Part shown: positions 24,401 to 35,905 of the stretch, piece by piece
Layout: the number at the start of each line of letters is the position of its first letter
Position numbering within the stretch: the first letter of the stretch is position 1
Origin: Gekko japonicus
Taxonomy: Eukaryota
Length of the DNA stretch: 64,000 nt
Assembly (NCBI RefSeq): GCF_001447785.1
Contig: NW_015172593.1
Span: 298,811-362,810 of the forward strand
Direction of reading: 5' to 3'
Notes under the pieces: model-generated
The model's database searches: none
Seen by the model: the letters and a program-made list of their open reading frames with translations, nothing else
What the model was told of the DNA's origin: nothing
Translations under genes and position numbers: made by a program

Positions 24401-27400
24401 TGGAAGCTCACTGGGTGACCTTGGGCCAGTCCCTCCCTCTCAGCTTAACCTACCTCACCGGGGTTGTGAAGAGAAAAGGATGGAGAAGAGAGTGATGGAA
24501 GCCACTTTGGGTTCCTGTTGGGGGGGAAAGTTGAAGCCAAAATAAAGTAAATACTGTCGGTGATGATCTCACCCTGCTTGGGGAAGCCTGTACTAACACA
24601 CCCAAACATGGCTTCTTTTCTCCTGCTCCGAGGGGGGTGATATTATGAAAGAGAAGCCCAGCACCAAAATCACCAGGGCTGCTGCACTCTTGAAGTGGTG
24701 GTCCCTGGCGGGCTTTTCAAACACAGATTCCCGCCCCCATCCAGATCCTGACAGACTGGCAAGACAAGAAAGGGGACAGGCGATTTCTGAAGCTGGGCAA
24801 GGAACATGAGTTGGGTACTCCTATCAAGCATGGCAAGCCCAAGAAGCAGAAGCTGGACGGGAAAGGAGGCCACAGCACAGGACAGGGCCCCGGTCGGCCC
24901 AAATCCAAAAACCTGCAGCCAAAACTCCAAGAGTATGAATTCCCAGATGACCCGATCGATGTGCCACGCATTCCCAAGAACGATGCACCAAATAGGTATG
25001 GGGGAGTGAGATTTGCATGACTTTGTAATATCAGTAATGATTCTTGGCTACATAGATGGTATTTCAAGTATGTTCTCTTGGGAGTCTTTCATAGAGGAGC
25101 TTTTCTTGCTGTGGGGGGTTATCTTCAGCATGATTTCATCTCTCGGAGGTGTTTCCTGGTTCTCCTGGATCGGCTTGGCCTTGTGGGTCTGACTTCCACT
25201 TCCACTGTGCCTGTGGGTGGGGACGAGAGAGGGGACCGATCAAGTGGTCTCTTTCCTCAGCCTTTTCCTCGCCAGCCACCTGCAAGCCCGGCCGTGTGTT
25301 CCCTTTCAAAGGGCCTGGTCTGGGGCTGTGGAGCCATCACCTGTGGTCCTCTAACAGCATTCTCATGTCTCATCTGCAACTGTTGGGGATGATCAGACAG
25401 GTGCACCGCTGCTTGGTTTCAGGGGCAATAGGGCTCCACATATAACCAGTTTGCTCTGTTGCTCTCTAAGTTCCCTGGGTGTGGATGGAGTTTGGAAATG
25501 GAGGATTCACAAACCGTTGTGCAAAAAAGCATCGCAGAAAAGAACTCCGGGATGCTGCCGCATGACCTCCTTGATCATCCTTGTGGAACTAAAAGCAAGG
25601 AGCGGATTCCTGTTAGTGAAGTGCTTTTGGACAGTGAGAAGTGATATGTTTTCTCATGGCTAACCCTTAGAGAGGAGTTGCTGCCACTGGTCCTGTAAGT
25701 GCAGCTACAATATACCCTTCCATTACCTGGAGCAACATGGGATGCCCGGCAGCCCTCTAAGGAATACAGGCCGCCCTCCATCTGGAACCCATGTGCCAGA
25801 ATTGTGATTCTTTCATGTTTTGAATTGCGTTTGTAGGTTCTGGGCCTCAGTGGAGCCGTATTGCTCAGACCTCACCAGTGAGGAGGTGCGTACTTTGGAA
25901 GAGCTCCTCAAGCCTCCAGAAGATGAAGCTGAACACTACAAGGTAAAAAGCCCCATGATCTGTTTGTTTGTTTGCATTCCTTTGATCCTGTTCTCTTTCC
26001 AAGGAGCTCAGGGTGACATACATTAGCCAGTTTGGTGTAGTGGTTAAGTGCGGGGACTCTAATCTGGGAGAACCGGGTTTGATTCCCCACTCCTCCACTT
26101 GCACCTGGCTGGATGACCTTGGGCAAGCCATAGTTCTGTCAGAGCTGTCCTTGAAAAAAGAGCAGTTTCTGTCAGAGCTCTCTCAGCCTCATCTACCTCA
26201 TAGGGTGTCTGTTGTGGGGAGGAGAAGGGAAAGGAGTTTGTAAGCCGCTCTGAGACTCCGAGTGAAGGGCGGGGTATAAATCGAATCTCTCCTCCTCCTC
26301 CTCCTCCTCCTCCTTTCGATCCCTTGCAAGGGGAAGGGAAAGGAGTTTGGAAGCTGCTCTGAGACTCCGAGTGAAGGGCGGGGTATAAATCGAATCTCTC
26401 CTCTTCCTCCTTTTGATCCCTTGCAAGGTGGTTTGAGCTGAGAGTGAAAGACTGACCCAAGGGCACCCAGTAAGTTTCACGGCAAGTGACCATGTGAACT
26501 GGGTCTCCCTTGCCCGAGTCGTCCAGCACTCTAAGCTGCTCCACACTGGCTCTCCTGTTTACGCCCTGTTCTTGCTTGAGTCTCTGGCTTCCCACCCTAT
26601 AGCACTGGGTCACTACTAGCGTCATTTACTTGGGCCTGAGATGCCCTCTCCACCAGACAACCTGTGACAGAGCTCCAGGAGTATTAGGCCATGGGCTGTA
26701 TTGCCCACTGAGCCGCCAGTGCTGTAAAGCATGGATTGCAGGCTAAGCTGTAGTCCCCAGGTAGTATGTTCCCTGCCTTTAAAACTCCTTTAAAGTTTCC
26801 TGCAATGCAGAATGTGGCAGCAGCTGTTCTGTTGCCCCCTGATAGAGCGGAAAACCCATTTTGCGGAACACCCATGTTGGCAGGCACAGCCCAAAGAGCC
26901 ATCTTGTATCATGAAAAACCTCTCAGTTGGAAAAGAAGATTTCCCACCCACTTTATTAGGCCCTGATCCTGTTGTCCACCCTTCCTTTTGCTGGGGGGGG
27001 GGGTTTGCAGCAGTAGGCTGGAAGTGGAGCCACAGGAATGGGCAGGGGTGGGAGAAGCTGTCGTCCCCTTTACATTTACAGCTGTAGGGCTGTTGAGAGA
27101 AACAAGAGCAGCTCTCTGCCTTGTAGCCTGGCAATGCTACCGCCTCGGCTTCTTAAAGCATTTCCTTAGATGCCACAACTCCAACTCGTTTAAGCCGCCA
27201 CCTTCTGCATTTTAGCCAGTTCAAACAAGTCCTCATGTTCAAAGGTAAATCTCACTAATTTCTATGAGAGTGACCCTCTTCAGAGTTCCAGCCTGCCAAT
27301 ACTTGCCTCGAGGTGTTTGCTTGCTGGGGCAATCCAGAGTGGGTGCAGATCATGAGTACGGGACATTAGCATATTGTTTATATTGTATGCGTGCCGCTGG

Positions 27401-30400
27401 TAGCAGTGGCCCTGTGAAAAACATACGTAAGAAGAGCCCTGCCGGATCTGACCAGTGGTCCATCAAATCCAGCCTCCTGCTTCAAACAGAGGCCAAGGCT
27501 GTCTCTGGACATTGCCTTCTAGCTCTGACAGTCAGAGGTTGGCTGCCTCTGAACATGGAGGTTCCCTTTAGTTGCCATGACTGTTATCCATTGGGCACAT
27601 TACAGACACACAGACATGTGCGAGTGAGGGGAGGAGAATGAGCTGCTGCTGCCTCCGCACCCATTTTGTACTTACATAGCATAGAGCCAGTTTGGTGTAG
27701 TGGTTAAGTGTGCGGACTCTAATCTGGGAGAACCGGGTTTGATTCCCCACTCCTCCACTTGCACCTGCTGATGTGACCTTGGGTCAGTCACAAGCTCTGG
27801 CACAGCTGTCCTTGAAAAAGAGCAGTTTGTGTCAGAGTTCTCTCAGCCCCACCCACCTCACAGGGTGTCTGTTGTGGGGAGGGGAAGGGAAAGGAGTTTG
27901 TAAGCCGCTCTGAGACTCCAAGTGAAGGGCGGGGTATAAATCCAATCTCTTCTTCTTCTCTTCTTCTTCTTCTGGTCCCGCTGATCAGAATGTGGAATAT
28001 CTTGGAATAGGTTCAGTATGAAGAACAACTAAAACGCAATCTTAAGGAGAGTTGCACCCTTCGAAACCCATTGATTTGAAAAAAAAAAAATAGAATAAAA
28101 ACAAGTCCTACATATTGGCCGTGAGTGTGTTCCTGGGCGTGGCCATGTGGCTTCTGGAAACCTCCTCCAGCTGGCGGGCTGACCCCTTCCATTGGACCTG
28201 TGGAATAATGGAGTCATTTCCTCTTCCTCAGCCCAGGGAGTCATTTCCTCTTCCTCAGCCCACCCTCCCATCTGTTCTTGATGCTCTGAGTGACCCGGAA
28301 GACAATGGCTCAGTCAAAGGTGTTGGGGACACAGCTAGAGCAGGGGAGTCTGCTGTTTGGAAGTGGGGGTGGGTACCTCAGTTCCACATGATGTGGGTCA
28401 GATCATTTGGGGAAAGTGATGAGCTGAAAGGGAGTTGAGGATGTTGGGGAAAACTCAGCTGGGAGAGAGAGAAGGAAATGGTTCAGTGATGGTACAGCCG
28501 GATCTGGGCTTGCAGGAGAACAGTGATACGAGCTTGGCCAGAGGGGGCAAGGTGGACCTGGACTTTGTGTTTTCCCGGACTGTTGGCTGCTTCAGGTCGG
28601 TCCTGGAGTCCTCACGTTACTCATCTCACCTGTGGATCCTTGTCTTACAGATCCCACCCTTGGGGAAGCACTACTCTCAGCGCTGGGCCCAGGAAGACAT
28701 GTTAGAAGAGCAGAAAGACGGAGCTCGGGCTGCAGCTGCCGCCGATAAGAAAAAAGGCATCTTGGGGCCGCTGACGGAGCTGGACACGAAAGGTCTTTTG
28801 AGCAGTTTGGTGGAATCTCTTGCGGATAGGGAAGAGGGTGTATAAAGGAGCATACCGGCTCATCCACTGCTGTGGTTGTGTGTTCCGTGCCAGACATCTG
28901 TTCCAGTCTCCCCCTCCCCCTTTAAAGTCACTTATCCAGTCTGAAGGCTGGGGCTCAAGGGCTGGATTGGAGGCACTGTCACTTCACATTAAGGCCTGGA
29001 CTGACTCGGTAGATTTTTTCTCTCGTGGACCTCAGGATACATCCAAGGTTTTGCTTGTTTTGCCTCGGTGGAATGTGGTAGGAAGCTACAGTTGCCAAAT
29101 CTGGGTTGAGAAATTCTTGGAGATTTTTTTGGGGGAGGGTAGTCTAAGGAGGCTGGAGTTTGGGGAGGGGGAAGGATCTCAGCAGGGTATAAGTTCACAG
29201 CGTCCACCCTCTGAAGCAGCCATTTTCTCCAGGGGAGCTGACCTCTGTAGTCTGGTGCTAGTTGAGATTCTGGGAAGTCTCCAGGGCCCACCTGGAGATT
29301 GGCAAAGTCCAAAACTCTTTCCCCCCCTGCAGTGTGTGTGTGTGTGTTTGGGTGGACTTCTGCAGTGTACTCCCTGCTGTTGTCCTTTGTGTGTGGCTCA
29401 AGCCGTCTCAGCCCAGGCAAGCCCCCGATCTCATCAAATCTCGGACGCTAAGCAGGGCCAGCCCTGGCAAATATTTGGATGGGAGACCTCCAGAGAACAC
29501 CAGGGCCGGGAGGCAGAGGCAGGCTATCAAGCCACTTCTCTGAACATCCTCCATGCCCCAGTAGGAGTCGCCAGAGGTCGCCATGACTTCCAGGCATGCA
29601 CAGAGTGCAAAAATACCCCCCAAACCCATCTCAGCCAGCACCCTCACTGCTCCTTCATTCCCTCCGCTCCAGATGTCGATGCTCTGCTGAAGAAGTCGGA
29701 GTCCCAACATGAACAGCCTGAGGATGGCTGCCCGTTCGGCCCTCTGACCCAGCGTCTCCTGCAGGCCCTCGTTGAGGTAAGTAGAACCAAATCCCAGTTA
29801 CCCCTTTCTTTAGCTGCAGCTGGTCAGGGTCTCCGGCAGGCAAGAAGCTAAGCTCCTGCTCTCTCTCTCTCTCTGCCCTCCAACCGTAGGAGAACATCAT
29901 CTCCCCCATCGAAGACTCGCCGATTCCAGAGATGGCCGGCAAGGATTCTGCAGGGGATGGTGCCAGCACTTCGCCTCGCAGCCAGAACAAGCCCTTCAGG
30001 TGAGCATCAGCCAGAGTGTTGCTTTCTATGGGGGAGTGGGTGCCAGGAAGATGTGGGGCTCCAAAGGCAGTATTGTGGTGCTGTAGCTCATGCTGTCTCT
30101 TCTGAGTGACCAGGGAAACGCAGAATGGTTTGTTGTGTTCACGGATGAAGTTTTACACGTAAGTGCAGAAATTGGCTGTGCCACAGAATTCAGCCTCTCG
30201 ACCGTCAAAACCAAAACACGCCAAGTTTCCAACTCTGAAGATCAGGAAGATAAGCCCACTTGTTTGAGGGCAATGCCTGGTAAAATATCAGTAGTTGAGG
30301 AGGGTCAGCAGGATTTCCAGTGGCCGGGAGATGAGGCCTCTGTGGTTTGCAGAAGCAAAAATAAATTAGGCAGAATAAGCCAGCGCAAGTGGGAACTTGC

Positions 30401-32135
30401 GGGGGGGGGGGGGGGGTTTGTTTCTACAACTCCAAGATCTCTCTCTTGCTCAGTCTCTGCCAGTTCAGATGAGGCCTCTGTGGTTTGCAGAAGCAAAAAT
30501 AAATTAGGCAGAATAAGCCAGCGCAAGTAGGAACTTGCAAGGGGGGGGCCGTTTTGTTCCTTTGCCCTCTTCTTCCCCTTACCATAATGGAGCCAATGGG
30601 TATGGGGAAGAAGAAATTTCTCTGAGCCTCATCTTCCCCCTCTGACACGCGGTGGCTTCCGAGAGAAAGTAGCCATTCATTCCAAGAGCGATTGCTATAG
30701 GGAGGGAATTGGACTTGGAGGGAAGAGAGCACAGACACCAAAGACAATGTTGTCCCTAGGCTCAGTCTCTTCCCCCCACCCATCACTCCCTGCCCAAACT
30801 CTTCCCACCTCTGATGTAGCCACAGCAGCAGGGAATGCAAGAAGCCAGCCAGTGGGGTGTCCAGCCGGTAGGCACCATATTCTAAGAGGTCTTGCGCTGC
30901 AGCAGCAGGCAACCCGTTTGTTCAGCTTGGGAGCTCCTCGCACTGGCTGATGGGGAAAGGGAATGCACGTCTCCTCTTGACTAGATAATTCCCAGCTCTC
31001 TTGTGAAATTAGAACAAATGCCTGTTTGGGCCCTCCAATGAGAGGGGTGTTCCTCGATGGCTCAAGGGATGCATGCGTTCATGTGGTATTGAGGAAGGGA
31101 AGCGGCAGGGACTGTTGTGCTTTTGTTTGCAAGGGAATGCAGGCTCTCCTCTTCTGGCAGAGATCCACTGTTCTCCCTCCTGTCCCCCATTTAGGTACCC
31201 ATGATGATAATCTGCACGCAAACAGCTTGATTTACGAGTTGACATAGGCAGCTTTGTTTAACGTAGACAGGTTGTGCCTGCCAAAATCTGAAAACTACAA
31301 AGTCTGGTTACCATACAAGTTTTGACGTTGTTGAGTGTGTTGTTGTTGTTGTTGTTTTTGTTCCTCCTATTAAAGTGCAGAGAAAACAGCTCTTGGGGAG
31401 CCGATGTTGAGATCTAGTAATTTGTCCAGAGCTCATTCAGTGAGTTCAGGGATCTGAACTCTGAAGTCAAGAGTCCATTTTGTTTTCCATGGGAGAACAC
31501 TGGCGCTCAGGATGGGTGGTCTTTCGGCTCTCATCGGACGCCTCCTCATGGGTGCTGCTCCTCCTCTCTCCTCTCCAGCGTGCCCCACACCAAGTCCCTG
31601 GAGGGCCGCATCAAGGAGGAGCTGGTTGCTCAAGGCCTGCTGGAGTCGGAGGACCGGCCTGCCGAAGACTCGGAGGACGAGGTGTTGGCTGAGCTGCGGA
31701 AGAGGCAAGCTGAGCTTAAGGCCTTGAATGCGCACAACCGAGCCAAGAAACTTGAGCTTCTCAGGTGAGGCCCCCATCCCTTTTGCCACCTGGAGACCAA
31801 TGACTTTGGCCGCCGCCCTCTCCTTAGGAGTCGGGACTCGTCATCAGACCTTGGGTGGGGCTGGCCAAGATCGGGAGGCTGAAATGCCAGCGTGGTTGAA
31901 AGCCCCCCAACCTTTTTTTTTTTGTTTGTTTACCCGTTGCAGGCTGGCCAAGGAAGAGCTACATAGGCAGGAGCTGCGGCAGCGGGTGCGGATGGCGGAC
32001 AATGAGGTCATGGACGCCTTCCGCAAGATCATGGCAGCGCGCCAGAAGAAGCGCACGCCGACCAAGAAGGAGAAAGACCAGGCCTGGAAGAGCCTCAAGG
32101 AACGTGAGAGCATCCTTAAGCTGCTCGACGGCTGA
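21270..32135 (+). CDS. TADA3: Transcriptional adaptor 3 (SAGA/ATAC subunit), complete; coding exons 21270-21476, 24745-24995, 25837-25942, 28651-28792, 29673-29776, 29890-29999, 31579-31764, 31943-32135
   Basis: Exons total 1299 nt = 432 aa + stop, phases compatible, all GT-AG; MSELKDCPLQFHDFKSVDHLKVCPRY...KERESILKLLDG*. Confidence 0.98.
23602..23792 (-). mobile_element. hAT-type MITE, same family
   Basis: TSD gtgtaagc; inserted in an older SINE. Confidence 0.85.
24181..24387 (+). mobile_element. hAT-type MITE, same family
   Basis: TSD (t/c)ttactct; inserted in an older SINE. Confidence 0.85.
24745..24995 (+). CDS. TADA3: TADA3 coding exon 2
   Basis: ILTDWQDKKGDRRFLKLGK...RIPKNDAPNR. Confidence 0.96.
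25837..25942 (+). CDS. TADA3: TADA3 coding exon 3
   Basis: FWASVEPYCSDLTSEEVRTLEELLKPPEDEAEHYK. Confidence 0.97.
26025..26412 (+). mobile_element. Squam3-like SINE with tandemly duplicated 3' end
   Basis: A/B-box head; the tail block ...gggcggggtataaatcgaatctctcctc occurs twice. Confidence 0.82.
27683..27972 (+). mobile_element. Squam3-like SINE
   Basis: gagccagtttggtgtagtggttaag head, (TTC)n tail. Confidence 0.85.
28651..28792 (+). CDS. TADA3: TADA3 coding exon 4
   Basis: IPPLGKHYSQRWAQEDMLEEQKDGAR...LTELDTK. Confidence 0.96.
29673..29776 (+). CDS. TADA3: TADA3 coding exon 5
   Basis: DVDALLKKSESQHEQPEDGCPFGPLTQRLLQALVE. Confidence 0.96.
29890..29999 (+). CDS. TADA3: TADA3 coding exon 6
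   Basis: ENIISPIEDSPIPEMAGKDSAGDGASTSPRSQNKPF. Confidence 0.96.
30329..30538 (+). repeat. 72-bp direct repeat (30329-30400 and 30467-30538), each copy followed by a G run
   Basis: agatgaggcctctgtggtttgcagaagc...ggaacttgc occurs twice with 1 mismatch. Confidence 0.9.
31579..31764 (+). CDS. TADA3: TADA3 coding exon 7
   Basis: VPHTKSLEGRIKEELVAQGLLESEDRPAEDSEDEVLAELRKRQAELKALNAHNRAKKLELL. Confidence 0.96.
31943..32135 (+). CDS. TADA3: TADA3 last coding exon
   Basis: LAKEELHRQELRQRVRMADNEVMDAFRKIMAARQKKRTPTKKEKDQAWKSLKERESILKLLDG*. Confidence 0.97.
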
Positions 32136-34170
32136 CGCTGGGGTCTAGATGCAAGCCACGTTGGCCCGGCTCCTCTGTTCGAGTCGCAGCCTAGGCCCCC
32201 CCACTCTTAGGGGCAAGTGCACACTGCCAGTACAGACTGCAGCAGCTCCCTCCATCGGCTTTCCAGTGCCCTCTTTGTGCCCTCTTTGGCCATGTTGTAG
32301 CCAGGGTCCCAGACAAACCTGGGCTTTTGGCAGCCATCTTGTCCCTTCCCACAGGTGACTGCAACCATTGGTGCTGTTGAGATGGGGGCTGCCTTTCGCT
32401 GAAGGCTACAATTCCCACCCTAGATTATCTGTAGGTCTCTCTTTTCGTGACTTGGCATCAGGGCAGGACAGTACCACCTGCATCACGTTTTGGCATCGCA
32501 TCAACTTTCAGAGCTGGCCTGCAGCACAGACTGAATCTCAAGAGCTGCCTTGGGTCTTCATTCATGTTATCGCCCACTGCTGTTCTCTCTTTGCCCTGCT
32601 TTGTGTGAGCCACCAGCAGCTGCAGGCACAATGCATTCTGGGAACAGAATTCTGCAATGACAAGTCTATGTGTCCCTCTCCCACTGCCTGTGTTGCAGCA
32701 GATGTGCATTCTTAACCTGACAACTCTGGGGGCTAGGCCTGAGTTAAAAGGGCCTGTGTAGCTCTGAATTTGTCCGGAACCAGCCCCTTCTTCCCCTGAG
32801 TGGTGCCTGCACTATCCAGTGCCGAACAGTAGAGGGAGCCATGCACTTCCTGATGGTACTTGTTGAGCTCTAACACTGGTCCAAGCACCAGCTGAGAGTG
32901 TGGAGTGCAGCACCCTACATAGGGGAACAGGAGTCTGAGACAGCTCTTGATGGCTTTGCTTTATTTCCTGTCTGGTTAGCCATTTCCTGTGGTAATGATA
33001 GGTCACACGTTAGTTTCCTGCCCATCTTGATGACATTAAAAAGGGATTGGCCTCTCGGAACTGGCCATAAGGGTCCTTGGGTCCTTGGTGGAAGAGGACC
33101 AGAGCAGTGGGTCAAGGAGAGGCCATACAACACGACAGGTATGACCAGGTGGGGGGGAGGGCTTGGCATTTAGGGAGGGGCAGAACTGGATCTAGTCACC
33201 CAGCTCAACCCTGTGTCCATCATACCTCCATGCAGATCAGGAATGGAATTGCCAAGGAGGAGTTTTGGGGGGGGCATTCTCCCAGAATGCTTTGCTTTAC
33301 TCCAGCCATGCTTCATTTTTTTAGAACAGACTGTGGGAGAGCAAGAGAGTAAGCTGTGCAACAGGGAAACTGGAGCTCCCCACAGACCACCTCTTCTGTT
33401 CTGCAGGGAAGTAGAAAGACACTGGCTGTGCAGGGGCCACTTCGGTGGATGAAGGCTTCTTCCTGCAAACTCTTATGGGAGAACGCTGGGTCATGGGAGC
33501 AGCCCATCTGGCCAAGCTCTACCTGATTCAGGGGGGAGGGAGGCTGTGCAAAGCCACCCACGTCTCTGCTTCTCTTGGGTGACATTGAGCAGACCACAGC
33601 CTGACATTAGCTCCTTGAAGGCAGGCGGTGGGGGAGATGCCTAGTCTTGTCCTCCCTCTTGGCTCCTTTGCCCCATTTCTCCTCCTTTGCCTTGGCTGCT
33701 CCAGAAGGACCATGTTCACCATTACAACGTTCAGTCCTAAGACAATGCAACACTGGGGGAGGGGCTTTCTTCTCTGTCACAGTTGGATAGTGCAGCTACT
33801 GGAGCACAGTCAAAACCTCGGTGGGAGAATCTGGAGCAGGCATTTAGCTTTACATCGGACACTGTTGGGCTTTGGTGTCCAGTTTCCTGCTGCCGCCTTC
33901 TCAGTGTTTGATGTGTCTTTTGCTATGTGTTCTCAGAAGCATTCTTTGTCTGTTTCATTTTTAAAAAAAACTTGGAACCTTTTGCACCCTGGTATCGGCA
34001 AGTTTCAAAGCTGTCCTGTTGTGTCTGTTCTCGGGAGTTTAAAGTGTGTCAGGGTGGTTTTGGGAATAGCCTGGAGCTGGGATTGGGGGAAAGAGATTGA
34101 AGGAGTTCTCCACATATACTGTAGTGTGTGGCTGTTGCGTCAACATAGTGCCTCACAAGGATTCTCCCAG

Positions 34171-34176
34171 AATAAA
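34171..34176 (+). terminator. TADA3 polyadenylation signal
   Basis: AATAAA followed about 30 nt later by a GU-rich tract (ggtgtgtgtgtgtttgg), 2 kb after the stop codon. Confidence 0.7.
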
Positions 34177-34317
34177 CTATTGACTACAGGAGCAGCAGTG
34201 GCTGGTGTGTGTGTGTTTGGATTTTCATTTTTACCCTATGGAAACTTCAGAGGTGGGAAGGTGGTATGGTACAGTTCAATCTCAGAAGCTAAGTGGGGTT
34301 GGTACTTGGGTGGGAAA

Positions 34318-34553
34318 CAATGCTCCCTCTAAGCTATGGACTCCTGTGAGCAAAAATTCTTCTTTGTGAGCTCTCCTGTGAGCAAAAATTCTTCTTTGTG
34401 AGCTACTGGCATTAAAGTTGTGAGTGAGTGATTTGGCTGCTGCATCAGTTAGTCTGCTCTGGAGCCATCCTTCCTGAGCTGTGACAAAAATGTGTGAGCT
34501 GGAGGCTAAAAAACTGAGCTAGCTCACACTAACTCAGCTTAGAGGGAACACTG
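34318..34553 (+). mobile_element. hAT-type MITE, same family, with an internal ~32-bp duplication
   Basis: TSD gtgggaaa. Confidence 0.85.
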
Positions 34554-35399
34554 GTGGGAAACCACCAAGGAAGACGGGCTATGTAGAGGAAAGCAATGGT
34601 AAACTGCCTCTGCTCATCTCTTGCCTTTAAAGCCCCTTGCTATTGGCTGTGACAGGGTGGGGCAGACATCTTGTGGGCCTTCTGTCAAGGTATTAAAACT
34701 TATCGCCTTATCTTGTAACTTGGCAGCATGAGGGAAATGAGGACTTAATTCGCATGCGTTTTTATGCTGGGGGGAGTTAGTGATGGATGGAGGAATATGG
34801 ATCTAATGTGTGAGTTGGGGAATGGCTGTTCACTGGAGGAAGAACACAGCAAAGCCTGTGTGGTAAACTGCCTGTCCTCTGTCCTGAAGCCCAAGGTGTG
34901 TCCTTTCAGGGCAGTAATCAGACCTCTTTTCCCATGTGTGTTCACATCTAAGGCTATAACTAAGACTACAGTACCTGTGAGGAGAAGAAGTGGTGGGTGA
35001 GTAGGTTGACCAGTGTCCCAGGATCCTGGGGGGTTGACTGAGATAGAATTGCCAATCTCCAGGTGGGCCCTGGAGATCTCCCGAATTAAAGCTCATCTCC
35101 AGGCAACAGAAATCACTTCCCAGAAAAAAAATGGCTGTTTTGGAGGGTGAATCTATGGAATCATAACCCTTTATGGTCCTCGTCCTCCCGAGGCTCCGCC
35201 CCCAAAATCTCCAGGTATTTCCCAACCTACAGTTGGCAACCCTGTTCACCACGACAGAGGAAGGCAGCTCTCCCAAGCCTTGTTCTGTGCAACAATAAGG
35301 ACCAAAGTGCATCTGAATATGCGAGCAGTCTTTCCTAAATCATTCGAAGATGCTACACTTCCGGGATATAGACCGGAGGGTCGGGGAACGAGGTCTGAT

Positions 35400-35905
35400 T
35401 TCTAAGCAGGCGGGGCGGGGGGGGGGGAGGCGGATCCATGCACTATTTGCTTTCTAGCAAGAGAGCTTCCTCGGGCCTTATGAAACCACGGAAGGCTTTC
35501 CGAATGAGGGGGAGGCTGTTTGGAAAACGCGTGCCAGCGGCAGGCCCAGCCGCGGGACAAGAGGCCACCCTGCACCTTGGGCGCTCGCGCGTGCGCGTAT
35601 TTATGAATGGGAGAGCCTCTGCCCGCCTTCCCTCCCTCCCTCTCCCGCGGTTTACTGTTAGTTGAATCTCGTCGCCAGGCAGCTCCCGCCTCCCGAGCTC
35701 CGAATTGGTTGCCCGTCGGCTTCAGCCCCGCCCCCTCGTGGTGACATCTCTGGGGAGGGGGCGAGGTGGAGAAGCTGGAGGGCTGGAGGGGAGCGACGCC
35801 GCCGCCGCTTGGAGCCCTGCGCGCAGCGGAGTGGGGAGGGGGACAAAGGGGCCACTCCCAGCCAGCCTGGCAGCCACCCCCGGCGGAGCCAGCGCAAACC
35901 CCCAT
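35400..35905 (+). promoter_or_regulatory. CAMK1: CAMK1 CpG-island promoter and non-coding exon 1 (donor GTAAGT at 35906)
   Basis: CpG-rich, GC boxes, NRF1-like GCGCGTGCGC, strong donor cat|GTAAGT; upstream of the CAMK1 ATG exon. Confidence 0.7.

Noticed and set aside
27683-27760. tRNA-like sequences with A/B boxes
   Set aside because: Heads of multi-copy SINEs rather than tRNA genes.
28820-29851. 343-aa ORF on + strand
   Set aside because: Runs through MITE and 5S-SINE sequence into TADA3 exon 29673-29776; chance open frame within an intron.
33628-34332. 234-aa ORF
   Set aside because: Lies in the TADA3 3' UTR, crosses the poly(A) signal and has a non-ATG start.
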